Below are positions 50,141 to 60,945 of a DNA stretch of 64,000 nt, one piece after another. Location of the stretch: NCBI GenBank assembly GCA_045567635.1, contig JBJLCO010000032.1, positions 9,222 through 73,221 on the forward strand, given 5' to 3'. The DNA comes from Opitutales bacterium. Its GTDB lineage: Bacteria; Verrucomicrobiota; Verrucomicrobiia; Opitutales; Seribacteraceae. How positions within the stretch are numbered: position 1 is the first letter of the stretch; each line of letters opens with the position of its first letter. The notes under the pieces were generated by a model. That model saw nothing but the letters and a program-made list of their open reading frames with translations, had not been told where the DNA came from and searched no databases. A program made the position numbers and the translations under genes.

Positions 50141-51694
50141 ATGGCCATGCAATCTCAGGGTCTCCGTCAGGTTCAGAAGCAAACCCAGAATTTAGTACTT
50201 GCTCCTCAGCTTCGGCAATCCCTTAAAATCTTACAGGTGCCTGCACTTGAACTGCGTTCCGCAATTTTGGAAGAACTCCAGACCAACCCTCTTCTCGAAG
50301 AATTGGGCAACAATGATGAAAGCCTTGACGCCGAGGAAGTCGAACCCTCACCGGACGAAATCGAGGTCGAGAAAATTGATGAATTCCCGGAAGAAATACC
50401 TCCGGAAGCGGAGGGCAAAGAAAAAACGACCGAAAAAGAAGGAGAAAGTGAAACTGAAATTCAGGACGAAGTTCAGGATCTTGATTTCTCGGACGAGTTT
50501 GCCGTTCTCAAAGAAATGGAAGAGGACATGCGGGAACATTACGAAAATGAATTCGATGGCGAGGCCAAGCTCGGAAATACTGATGCCCAGGACAAAAGAA
50601 AGTTTTTCTTTGACTCCCTGACCTCTGAGGTTTCACTCCAGGAGCATTTGCTCGATCAGTTAAAATTAACTGAAATTAATCAGAGCACCAGACAAGCGGT
50701 CGAATACCTGATCGGGAGTCTCGATGAAAACGGGTTTCTCAATTCCAATCTTTCTGATATTTCCCTGCTCTCCAATATTCCCCTGGCTGACCTGCAGGAA
50801 GCACTGGCCACCCTGCAAACATTTGAGCCAATCGGAATTGCCTCCCTGGATCTTCAGGACTGCCTGCTCAGGCAGATGGAGGCCCGCAATTGGCAGGAAA
50901 CCGACCAGTTTACGATTGTGAAGGATTTCTTTCCGATGTTGGTCAGACGGAGGGTGCCGGAACTGTCCCGAAAACTTTCGCGGTCCACCGAGACAATTCA
51001 CGAGGCCATTGAGAAAATAAGTGAGCTCGACCCCTCACCGGGAAAACGGTTTTCCGAAGATAATAACCAGTCCATTTCCGCAGACGCCACCGTTGAAAAG
51101 GTGGGTGATGAATGGGCAATCAGTTTAAACAACGATTTTATCCCCAGACTCAAAATTAACCGCACTTACAAGGAACTCATCGCCAAAGGGGTTCTATCCA
51201 GCAAAGAGAAAGAGTATGTGCGTAACCAGATGAGGGCAGGAAAATTTCTGATCAGTTCGATCGATCAGCGACAGAACACAATCGAACGAATCACCCGAAA
51301 AATTATTGAACGACAGACCGGATTTTTTGAGGAAGGTTCGTCCAAGCTCAGACCCATGACCATGTCCGAAGTGGCGGACTCGATCGAAGTCCATGAAACC
51401 ACGGTCTCAAGAGCCATCGCCAACAAATTTATTAAAACTCCGCACGGTACTTTTCCGCTCAAGTATTTTTTCACTCCCGGATACTCCGGTAAAGATGGTG
51501 ACACAGTTTCCAACACCAGTGTAAAAGAGATTATTGGAGCAATTATCGAACAGGAAAATCCGACCAAGCCTTTAAGTGACCGAAAAATTGTTGACCTGCT
51601 CGCGGAAAAAGAGATTAAACTCGCCCGTCGGACTGTCGCAAAATACAGGGAGGAATTAGGAATCCCCCCCACTAATCTCCGACGCCGATATTGA
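50141..51694 (+). CDS. rpoN: RNA polymerase sigma-54 factor
   Basis: Region I LAPQLRQSLKILQVPALEL, an acidic region II, and the C-terminal HTH plus RpoN box (ARRTVAKYREELGIPP). Confidence 0.92.
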   Translation: MAMQSQGLRQVQKQTQNLVLAPQLRQSLKILQVPALELRSAILEELQTNPLLEELGNNDESLDAEEVEPSPDEIEVEKIDEFPEEIPPEAEGKEKTTEKEGESETEIQDEVQDLDFSDEFAVLKEMEEDMREHYENEFDGEAKLGNTDAQDKRKFFFDSLTSEVSLQEHLLDQLKLTEINQSTRQAVEYLIGSLDENGFLNSNLSDISLLSNIPLADLQEALATLQTFEPIGIASLDLQDCLLRQMEARNWQETDQFTIVKDFFPMLVRRRVPELSRKLSRSTETIHEAIEKISELDPSPGKRFSEDNNQSISADATVEKVGDEWAISLNNDFIPRLKINRTYKELIAKGVLSSKEKEYVRNQMRAGKFLISSIDQRQNTIERITRKIIERQTGFFEEGSSKLRPMTMSEVADSIEVHETTVSRAIANKFIKTPHGTFPLKYFFTPGYSGKDGDTVSNTSVKEIIGAIIEQENPTKPLSDRKIVDLLAEKEIKLARRTVAKYREELGIPPTNLRRRY

Positions 51695-51734
51695 GGGAAA
51701 CTGAACGCCCAACCATAAACAGGGAAGTAGTTTA

Positions 51735-52409
51735 ATGTCTGCCGAGCAACAGGTCATGTCTTTTGAAAACCCACTTGTTCTTGATGTCTCCTCCCCCTGC
51801 GTCCAGGCAGGCATTGCCGGGGAGAATGGTTGGAGAAAAATCGTTGACTGCCCTGCCCCCCCGATGCAGGGAGTCTTTCAATCAGTGACCCAATTAACCC
51901 GTGAGCTCAAAATCAGTGCGAATGAGATTGATGCGGTTTTTTTCTGCGCCGGACCGGGCTCAACCCTCGGTCTCCGTCTCGCGCTGGCATTTGTAAAAAC
52001 TTTGCAATGGCAAAGAAAAAATGATCTTCAACTCTTTTCCTATAATGCACTCGATCTTGCCTCTCAAATGATGGATCCCCCTCCCCATTTTCTGCAGGCA
52101 CCCTTTCGGATGGGTTGGCGAATTATACGGTCCTCCCCCCATGCGAACCCGATTGGCCAAAAAGAAATTTTAGAAACGGAAGAAGCACTGAAAAAATTTC
52201 CTTCCAGCATTCACCTCGAAGACCCGAGAAAAAAATCCTCCGGTCCGCAGACCGAGAATTTTCTCCAGTACCAGTTGAAAAAAGTCCGCGGGCTTTCTGC
52301 TCTGCTCTCGGTTTCAGAACTCACCGAGGAACTTACAATTTATTCTCCCCGTCCCCCGGAGTTTAAAAAATGGATTCCACAGATTCAATTTCTCTCTCCG
52401 GATGGATAG
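51735..52409 (+). CDS. tsaB: tRNA threonylcarbamoyladenosine biosynthesis protein TsaB-like (inactive M22 family)
   Basis: LVLDVSSP..AGPGSTLGLRLALAFVKTL resembles the TsaB GPGSFTGLRIG block. Length is about 224 aa. Confidence 0.55.
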   Translation: MSAEQQVMSFENPLVLDVSSPCVQAGIAGENGWRKIVDCPAPPMQGVFQSVTQLTRELKISANEIDAVFFCAGPGSTLGLRLALAFVKTLQWQRKNDLQLFSYNALDLASQMMDPPPHFLQAPFRMGWRIIRSSPHANPIGQKEILETEEALKKFPSSIHLEDPRKKSSGPQTENFLQYQLKKVRGLSALLSVSELTEELTIYSPRPPEFKKWIPQIQFLSPDG

Positions 52410-52418
52410 GATGGCGTA

Positions 52419-53549
52419 TTGAAGGCACAACGCTGCTGGGCGGAAATCAACTTGGCCGCCCTGGAGAGGAACCTGCGGCTAATCCGTGACTCCCTCCCCC
52501 CCCATGTCCGTTATGTCTCCGTGGTCAAGGCCGACGCCTACGGTCATGGCATTCATCCCACTGCGGCCAGACTGATGCAAAGCGGAGTGGATTTGTTTGC
52601 AGTGGCCAATGTGAAAGAAGCTTCTGAAATCAGGGAAATCGCCACCGGATGGCCAATCCTTATTTTGGGCCCGCTCCTGGAGGAGGAAAATGAGGCATTA
52701 CTGGAAATGGATTTAATTCCCACCCTGTCCTCCCACACTGAACTTGAACGGCTGCGGGCGTTGTCGCACAAATACCAAAAAGTAATCCCCGCTCATTTGA
52801 AAATCGATACGGGGATGGGGCGGTACGGAATTTGGTGGGAGGATGCCATCGAATTGATAAATCAGATTCAACAAAGCCCTGAAATCAAACTCTGTGGAGC
52901 CCTTACTCATTTTGCCGAGGCCAGCGACCTCGAATACACCGCCAACCAACGGGGACACTTTTTGACCATTCTGCAAAAAACCCAAATCCACCGTCAGGCA
53001 GATTTTTGGGTACACGCAGACAATTCATCATCCCTCCGCTCCTTTGACCGCAAGGCTATCTTTAATGCCGTCCGCATTGGCCTTCTTCAGTTCGGGGTGT
53101 CCCCGCCTCAGGGAAGTATTTTGGCGGATGTTCCCGTAGAACCGGTTCTTTCCTTTCACGCCCGGCTGGCCATGATTAAAAAATTACCCAAAGGAACCAG
53201 TTTAAGTTACGGCCGGCAATTTACGCTGAAGAAAGATTCCAGAATCGGTATTATCAGTGCCGGTTATGGTGATGCCATTCCATTGCCGTCCGGGAACCGG
53301 GCTTTTGGATTAGTCAATGGACAACCCTACCCTTTGGTGGGACGGATCACCATGGATCAGACATTGATCGATTTAACCGAGGCTCCGGCCGAAATCCAAC
53401 TTGACCAAACAGTCACCCTGATTGGAAAGCAGGCAAAGGGGGAAATTTTACTCACTGAACTGGCCAGGCACGGACAAACCATACCCTGGGAACTACTTTG
53501 CTCGATTACCAAAAGAGTCCCCCGGATTTACACCACAGTCAGGGAATAA
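52419..53549 (+). CDS. alr: alanine racemase
   Basis: VVKADAYGHG (PLP lysine) and the overall Alr layout. TTG start. Confidence 0.9.
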   Translation: MKAQRCWAEINLAALERNLRLIRDSLPPHVRYVSVVKADAYGHGIHPTAARLMQSGVDLFAVANVKEASEIREIATGWPILILGPLLEEENEALLEMDLIPTLSSHTELERLRALSHKYQKVIPAHLKIDTGMGRYGIWWEDAIELINQIQQSPEIKLCGALTHFAEASDLEYTANQRGHFLTILQKTQIHRQADFWVHADNSSSLRSFDRKAIFNAVRIGLLQFGVSPPQGSILADVPVEPVLSFHARLAMIKKLPKGTSLSYGRQFTLKKDSRIGIISAGYGDAIPLPSGNRAFGLVNGQPYPLVGRITMDQTLIDLTEAPAEIQLDQTVTLIGKQAKGEILLTELARHGQTIPWELLCSITKRVPRIYTTVRE

Positions 53550-53555
53550 TGATCC

Positions 53556-54149
53556 TCAGGTGTCGAAGTTCTTTTCAATCGACTCAATAATATGGGATAA
53601 TTGATTAATCGAATTGCCTCGGTTATCATAAGCCTGCTGTCCATCCTCCGGACAACCGTAGGGTGAAACCCAACCCATTCCATTTTTCTCATGTAAAGTA
53701 TGCACCTCCGACAACCAGGTTGAAATTTGCTTCAGATTAGCTAAAATACGATTTCCTTCGCCTGGGGTTTCCAGTGGGTTTCCATAGGGTGCTTTACCGA
53801 CCACTTTTCCCTCTGCATCCTTCGTTTCCTCCCATGCCAGTTCCGCCGTTTCACATGCTTCCCAAAAACGGATCTTGGCAAAATTAACACAACCCTCCGT
53901 GACGGCCAGGGCCATTGCTTCGATCTCAGGCATGGCCACTTCCGCAAATGTCTCTTCCTCCTCAGGCTCGAAAGAATGTTCCGCCTGGATTAAGATTTGG
54001 GCCTTATCATCCAGTGCATCCGCAATTCCTTTGATCATTGAATAGTTAATCTGAGACTTCAGATCTCCCTGTAACATTAAATCAACTGCATCAAAATTGA
54101 CTTCCTCATTCTCCGCAGACTTTTCTTCCTGATTTGCTTCTTCACTCAT
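53556..54149 (-). CDS. hypothetical acidic protein (197 aa)
   Basis: ORF with protein-like composition and a Glu/Asp-rich N-terminal half. No signal peptide, no recognised family, monocistronic position. Confidence 0.45.
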   Translation of the reverse strand: MSEEANQEEKSAENEEVNFDAVDLMLQGDLKSQINYSMIKGIADALDDKAQILIQAEHSFEPEEEETFAEVAMPEIEAMALAVTEGCVNFAKIRFWEACETAELAWEETKDAEGKVVGKAPYGNPLETPGEGNRILANLKQISTWLSEVHTLHEKNGMGWVSPYGCPEDGQQAYDNRGNSINQLSHIIESIEKNFDT

Positions 54150-54555
54150 AATTTCAATTAGACAGCAATAATTCTTTTTCCGCCCTATGACAATTGGATT
54201 GTGGAAAAAATCTTTTTTCTTCTTTCGGTTCTGTAAGGTGTCCGCACCTCAGATGAAAACATTTTCTTTTGCAAATGATTAACTTTAAAAATATTCATTA
54301 TATATGTTACTTTTTAGGCTTCTCGGTATAATATTATGTGAAAGAATCTTAAACTGTCAGCCCGTTCGACGCAAAACACCAAGGTACAACCTGATTTAAA
54401 GTTTTGAAAACCTCTCTGGTAACAGAATTAAATACCGAGAATTGACACATAATTGTCATAATCATAATAAATCGAGTTTTTTCTTGAACAGTACATTGCT
54501 CATGTGTCCTAATCCGATTAAGCAAGGCTATTGAATGTAAATATATTTTATTGCA

Positions 54556-57500
54556 ATGAATTTTCTAAATAAATTTAAATCCTTCCTTTTATTTATTCTA
54601 GCCTCCACTTTTTTCTCAGTTGATCAGACTTATGGCGAAGCGGTTTCGTTCAATCGTGACATTCGGCCAATATTATCAAGTAAATGCTTTTTTTGCCACG
54701 GTCCCTCTGAAAAATCAAGAAAGGCAAAACTTCGTCTCGATATTGAAGAGAATGCATTCCGGCAAAAAGACGGGCTCGCTGCCTTTGTTCGTAAAAGTGT
54801 CGAGGACAGTGAGGCATGGCATCGCATTACTTCGGAGGATCCCGATGAGGTTATGCCTCCGCCAGAGTTTAAGAAGGAACTTACCAAAGCCGAGATTAAC
54901 ACAATTAAAGCATGGATTGAACAGGGTGCAAAATGGGAAGGCCACTGGGCATTTATACCTGTAAAGCAAACAAAAGAACCCAAAACTGAACTGCCCCAAT
55001 GGATTCGCAACCCGATCGATTCGTTTGTTCTTCGAACCCTGAATGATAAAAATCTCACTCCCTCCCCGGAAGCAGACCGGAGAACGCTTATACGCAGAAT
55101 TTACTTCGATTTAACCGGTCTTCCTCCCACCCCCGCTGAGATTAATGATTTCATATTGGATCATACACCCAACGCTTTTGAAAAAATAGTGGATCGCTTA
55201 CTGGATTCGGATGCATATGCCGAGCGTATGACCCTCGTGTGGATGGATGCCGCTCGCTATGGGGACACTTCAGTGTTTCATGACGACGGTCCCCGCGATA
55301 TGTGGCCCTGGCGCGACTGGATTCTTAATGCGTACAAAAACAACATGCCCTTTGATCAATTTACGATCGAACAATTAGCCGGCGACCTGCTCTCCAATCC
55401 GACTGATGCTCAAAAGATTGCCTCCGGATTTAACCGAAATCATGCAACCACGGATGAAGGCGGTGTGATTGCCGAGGAATTTCGGGTGGAATATGTGGTC
55501 GACCGGGTCAAAACCACCGGGAATGTCTGGATGGGACTGACCATGGAGTGTGCCCAATGCCACGACCATAAATATGATCCCATTTCGCAGGAGGAATATT
55601 TTAAATTCTATGCTTTCTACAATAATAATGCCGACCCGGGAATGCAGACCAGGAAAGGAAACACGGCTCCCATGGTCGAGGTGATAACTACGGAGAGAAA
55701 AAAACAGCTTTCGGAAGCAAACGAGGAAGTGGAAAAGGCCGTCACGGCTTTGCAGGATAGGCGAAAAGAATCTATCCAATCATTTGATCTTTGGAGAGAA
55801 AAAACAATAAAGGATTTGAAGCAAAACCCTGACTTACTGGAGCCACAGGGATTGATCGCTTACCTTCCGTTTGACCAGTTAAATTTTGAGACAAATTCAA
55901 CGGCCCAGGGAAATCAAATAAAAACTTCGTGCAAACTTCATCAATCCCCAAAATCAGTAAAACAGGCAAAGTTTTCCGGAGGTATCAAAATTGAAAATAA
56001 CGCATTTGCAGAGTTACCCAATTTTGGCGATTTCGAACACGACCAAGCTTTTACTATGAGTGCCTGGATTAAAACCTCAGTCCAAGACTTGGGAGGTGCA
56101 ATCTTAGGTAAGATGAATGAGGGTAATAAGCACCGTGGGTATGACCTGTGGATGGACAAAGGGCGCATAGGAACTCACATTGTCCATAGCGTGGCCGGAT
56201 AATGCCCTCAAAGTTGTTTCCAAAAAAAGGATTCCAATTAACAAATGGGTTCACCTCTGTGTGTCTTACAGCGGTAAGAGAAATCCGAGTGCTGTGGAAA
56301 TTTATATCGACGGTGCAAAACAGGAAAAAGTAACCGCGATGAATACCCTCAAGGCAAAGACAATCAAAACTGACAAACCATTCCGTATTGGCCGTCGTTT
56401 CAAATCTGCCCATCTAAACGGCACTGAAATTGATGATGTCCGAGTGTACAACCGCAACCTTTCCCAAGAAGAGATTAAGACCATCATGTCTCTTCCGTAC
56501 AGCAGTTCTCCTGAGCCTGCCGGATTAACCAGCGGATTAAACTTTGATTTATTTGAAGGAAATAAAACCAAGGACCTAGCCAATCCAAACGAAAATTTTG
56601 TTCTTCATGGTCTGGCTAAGCAGACACAACTTGGCCAATTGCGGAATGGTTTTAAAATTGAAAAAAATGGATTCCTTGAATCCAAAACCGCGGGTGTCCT
56701 CGAGCATAATCAGTCTTTCTCATGGTCCTTATGGATCAAGACTCCTCATAACCTCACCGGTGCAATCCTCAGTAAGATGGATGAATCCCAAAAGCATCGG
56801 GGCTATGACATTTGGCTTGAAGGTGGAAAAGTGGGTATGCACCTAGTGAACGAATTTCCTGCCAACGCCCTCAAAGCGGTGACTAAAAAACCAATCCCAG
56901 CCAATCAATGGCATCACCTGACCATTACCTACAACGGTAAGAATAAAGGCAGCGGATTAAAGGTTTTCCTGAATGGGAAAAATCAACCCTTGCAGGTGAC
57001 TCATGACACTCTTTCCCAAACGATTTCCACCTCCAAAACCTTTCGCATTGGTCGTCGCTTTAACGGCGGTTCCACCAACGGCCTAGAAATGGATGAACTC
57101 CGGCTTTACTCACGGGTGCTTACTGCCCCTGAGATTGAACGACTGGGCTACATCGATCCGATTCTTCCTTTATTACAAGAGGAGTCAAATAGTGTTAATC
57201 CTGCCCAGCGGAGTCTGCTTGTCGATTACTACCTGAACCGCCACGAACCGGGCTACAAGGGAATCCTCGCCACGGTCACCCAAAAGAGGAAAGATTTGAA
57301 TCAACTCAAGGGCCAAAAACTCACCTCGATGATCATGGGGGATAATCCGGCAAATAAAATGCGTAAAACTTATGTTCTCATGCGTGGACAGTATGCATCC
57401 CCGGACAAATCAAAAGAAATTCAGCCCGATACACCCGCTTTTCTTCCCCCCATGGAAAAAGAGTTACCCAAAAACCGGCTTGGATTAGCCAAATGGTTGA

Positions 57501-58418
57501 TGAATAAAGATCACCCGCTGACCGCAAGAGTTACCGTAAACCGGTACTGGCAGACCATTTTTGGGCGTCCGCTGGTGTCCACTCCGGGTGACTTTGGCTC
57601 ACAGGGAAGTTGGCCCTCCCACCCCGACCTTCTGACCTGGTTGGCTCAAGATTTTATTGATAATCAATGGAATGTAAAAAGAACCATCAAACAAATGGTC
57701 ATGAGTTCCACCTACCGCCAGTCTTCGGAGACACGCCCGGTTCATTTGGATAAAGATCCGGTAAACTTATACCATGCACGGGCTCCCCGCTTTCGTCTCA
57801 TGGGAGAATTTGTCCGGGATAACGCTCTTTCCATAAGCGGTCTGCTTAACCCTGCTTTCGGCGGCCCAGGGGTCAAACCATACCAGCCACCGGGGTTATG
57901 GAATGAAGTTTCCCTAAATGGGGGACGCAGATTTGTACGCGACAACGGAGAGAAGCTGTACCGTCGAAGTATGTACACTTATTGGAAACGCTCGGCGCCC
58001 CACCCCGGAATGATGGCGTTTGACACGCCCAACCCGTGAGACCTGTACGCTGCAAAGACAACGCACCAATACGCCCATGCAGGCTTTAGTGACCCTGAAC
58101 GACGAACAGTTCGTCGAAGCATCAAGGGCGTTTGCTGAGCGGATTCTCAAAAGCCCGGCAACATCTTTCCCGGATCGTTTGGACTGGGCATTCGAACTGG
58201 CAACCGGGCATCCTGCAGATTCAATTAGAAAGGAAGTACTGAAGGATGCCTATTCTTTCCAGAGTAAAATGTTCGGGAAAGAACCGAAACGGGCCGACGA
58301 TTTATTAAAAATTGGTGAAACTCAAAGAGATTCATCGATCCCTCCCCAGGAGCACGCAACCTGGACTGTCCTCGCCTCCATGATCCTCAACTTAGACGAA
58401 ACCTTAAATCGAGAGTAA
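54556..58418 (+). pseudogene. PSCyt1 (CxxCH) + PSCyt2/DUF1549 + two LamG-like repeats + PSD1/DUF1553 protein, two +1 frameshifts
   Basis: Signal peptide. FNRDIRPILSSKCFFCHGP (planctomycete cytochrome c motif). DUF1549-type PIDSFVL..RRIYFDLTGLPPTPAEI. C-terminal DUF1553-type ECAQCHDHKYDP, FGRPLV..GDFGSQG and TNTPMQALVTLND. The frame switches at about 56193 (..HIVHS then VPDNALK..) and at the ccc run 58033-58035 (..FDTPN then RETCTL..). Confidence 0.8.
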
Positions 58419-58423
58419 TCCAA

Positions 58424-59884
58424 ATGAATCCATTTCAATTTCATCAAAATCAGACCCGCAGGCAAATGATCGGGCTTGGTGCCCGTGGCCTGGGCGCACT
58501 GGGTGCGGCCCATCTTTTAAATCCTTCCCTGCTTAATGCAGCTGCATCGGAAGCATCGGACAAGTTTGCGGGTACTCTTCCCGGCCCTCATTTTAAACCC
58601 ACTGCCAAACGGGTTATTTATTTATTTCTTTCCGGTGGGCCCTCACACATCGACCTCTACGACTATCATCCGGAAATGCGTGATTTCCACGGAAAAGAAT
58701 TACCCGATAGTATTCGCAACGGTCAGCGTATAACCGGAATGACCTCGGGTCAGTCCTCATTCCCCTGCGTGGCTCCGATGTTTGATTTCACCAGGCATGG
58801 ACAAAATGGTTCATGGTTCAGTGACGCCATTCCAAATATTGCCAGTATTGCCGATGATATCACTCTGGTAAAATCCGTCCATACGGAAGCGATCAATCAC
58901 GACCCCGCGATCACTGCGATCAATACTGGTTCCCAACAACCTGGGAAACCATCGATGGGTGCCTGGCTGGACTGGGGAATGGGTAGTCCCAATAAAAATT
59001 TACCAGGATATGTGGTGATGATCTCGAAAGGGAAAGGAAATGCCCAGGCCCTTTACGACCGTTTATGGGGAAGCGGTTTTCTTCCATCCAAGCACCAGGG
59101 GGTGAAATTCCGCTCCGCTGGAGACCCTGTTCTGTATCTTTCAAATCCGGATGGAATTTCCCGTGAAATGAGGCGTAATATGCTTGATGGTATTGCCAAG
59201 ATCAATCAGGCCAAAAAAATCGAATCCGGAGATTTGGAAATCGACGCCCGTATTGCTCAGTACGAAATGGCTTACCGTATGCAGACCAGTGTCCCTGAAC
59301 TGGTGGATTTAAAAGACGAACCCAAGCATGTGCTCGATCTTTATGGTGAGGATGCGATGAAGAAAGGGACCTTTGCTCATAACTGTTTAATCGCCAGACG
59401 ACTGTCCGAACGCGGAGTTCCCTTCGTTCAACTCTTCCACCGTGGTTGGGATCAGCATAACAATTTACCCAAGCAAATACGCGGGCAATGCAAAGATATT
59501 GACCAACCCGCCGCCGCCCTGGTCAAAGATCTCAAGCAACGCGGGTTGCTCAAGGACACGATCGTGGTCTGTGGCGGGGAATTTGGACGCACTATTTACT
59601 CTCAGGGAAAACTGACCAAGGACAACCATGGACGGGACCACCACGGACGGAGTTTCTCTATGTGGATGGCCGGGGGCGGATTCAAGGCCGGGTTTGAATA
59701 CGGGAAAACGGATGAATATGCCTATAATATTGTCGAAAATCCAGTTCATGTGAACGATCTTAACGCGACTGTATTACGGGCTCTTGGGATTGATCACGAA
59801 CGCTTCACCTACCGATATCTGGGACTCGACCAGCGCCTTACTGGGGTCGAGCACCCCAAGGTTGTCCCTGATTTACTCGCTTAG
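58424..59884 (+). CDS. DUF1501 domain protein (sulfatase/phosphatase-like fold) with a Tat-type signal
   Basis: Twin-arginine N-terminus [23 protein letters not shown]1501-type blocks [24 protein letters not shown] and GRDHH. Confidence 0.85.
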   Translation: MNPFQFHQNQTRRQMIGLGARGLGALGAAHLLNPSLLNAAASEASDKFAGTLPGPHFKPTAKRVIYLFLSGGPSHIDLYDYHPEMRDFHGKELPDSIRNGQRITGMTSGQSSFPCVAPMFDFTRHGQNGSWFSDAIPNIASIADDITLVKSVHTEAINHDPAITAINTGSQQPGKPSMGAWLDWGMGSPNKNLPGYVVMISKGKGNAQALYDRLWGSGFLPSKHQGVKFRSAGDPVLYLSNPDGISREMRRNMLDGIAKINQAKKIESGDLEIDARIAQYEMAYRMQTSVPELVDLKDEPKHVLDLYGEDAMKKGTFAHNCLIARRLSERGVPFVQLFHRGWDQHNNLPKQIRGQCKDIDQPAAALVKDLKQRGLLKDTIVVCGGEFGRTIYSQGKLTKDNHGRDHHGRSFSMWMAGGGFKAGFEYGKTDEYAYNIVENPVHVNDLNATVLRALGIDHERFTYRYLGLDQRLTGVEHPKVVPDLLA

Positions 59885-59964
59885 CATCGTATTCCCGAAG
59901 CGTTCCGAAAGCAGTCCGATTTTTCCTTTGACCCGACGGGCATGGATGCACACATATATTCTCT

Positions 59965-60939
59965 GTGATTTCGGTGGGGGATAACAGGCGTGATTTACTT
60001 GCAGATTGGCTGCAAACAGAAACATCTTTTAAAGATGGAGAACTCAGTATTGCATCGGCGGACGCGAGTTTCCGCCGATACTTCCGGCTGAACCATCTGG
60101 ATAAATCCTATATTGTAATGGATGCACCTCCGGAACTGGAAGCCTCCCTGCCCTTCGTGCAAATTGGACAATGGATGAAAAAATCCGGAATCAATGTTCC
60201 GGAAATTCATCAGCACGACCTCGAACTTGGTTTCATGATTCTTTCCGATTTTGGAAACTTCCATTTTCAGGATGCCCTGGTTACCAGAGACCGGGAATCT
60301 CTCTACAAATTAGCTACAGACCAAATTATTCAGTTCCAATCCTCTTTACCCAATTCAGAAAAAAGCCTCCCCACATTTACTACCGAATGGCAGGTCAAGG
60401 AACTCGAAATATTTCGCGAATGGTGCCTGCCCGGTATCACTCAAATGGAGTACCGGGAAATAACCTCCCCACTGGTCAATGCCATTAACCGGATCCCCAA
60501 GTCTTTTATGCACCGGGACTTTCACTGCCGAAACCTGCTTCTTTATGCGGATCAAAAATTGGGAGTGATTGACTTTCAGGGTGCGATGTACGGCCCGGTC
60601 ACCTATGATTTAGTTTCCCTGCTAAGGGATTGCTATGTGGATAATGAAGAGGAATGGATTGATCATTCGGTTTTGGCATTTCAGCAAAGCCTGATCGCTC
60701 GGGGAATAAGCGATGCTCATGTAACTCCCGACGAATTTATCCGATGGTTTGATGTAACCGGATTACAAAGACATCTAAAATGCGTCGGCATTTTCCACCG
60801 CCTAAAAATGCGCGATCAGAAACCAAGTTATATGAAGGATGTCCCAAGGGTGCTCGCCTACATTAAACATGCACTCAAACGCCAAAGCGATCTCGGGGAA
60901 TTGAAGAACCTGATCGAACAGGCGACCATTCTCGAATAG
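59965..60939 (+). CDS. amgK: aminoglycoside-phosphotransferase-fold sugar kinase, AmgK-like (anomeric MurNAc/GlcNAc kinase)
   Basis: SADASFRRYFRL, HRDFHCRNLLL, VIDFQGAMYGPVTYDLVSLLRD. Sits immediately upstream of a MurU-like gene. GTG start. Confidence 0.7.
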   Translation: MISVGDNRRDLLADWLQTETSFKDGELSIASADASFRRYFRLNHLDKSYIVMDAPPELEASLPFVQIGQWMKKSGINVPEIHQHDLELGFMILSDFGNFHFQDALVTRDRESLYKLATDQIIQFQSSLPNSEKSLPTFTTEWQVKELEIFREWCLPGITQMEYREITSPLVNAINRIPKSFMHRDFHCRNLLLYADQKLGVIDFQGAMYGPVTYDLVSLLRDCYVDNEEEWIDHSVLAFQQSLIARGISDAHVTPDEFIRWFDVTGLQRHLKCVGIFHRLKMRDQKPSYMKDVPRVLAYIKHALKRQSDLGELKNLIEQATILE

Positions 60940-60945
60940 TATTTT

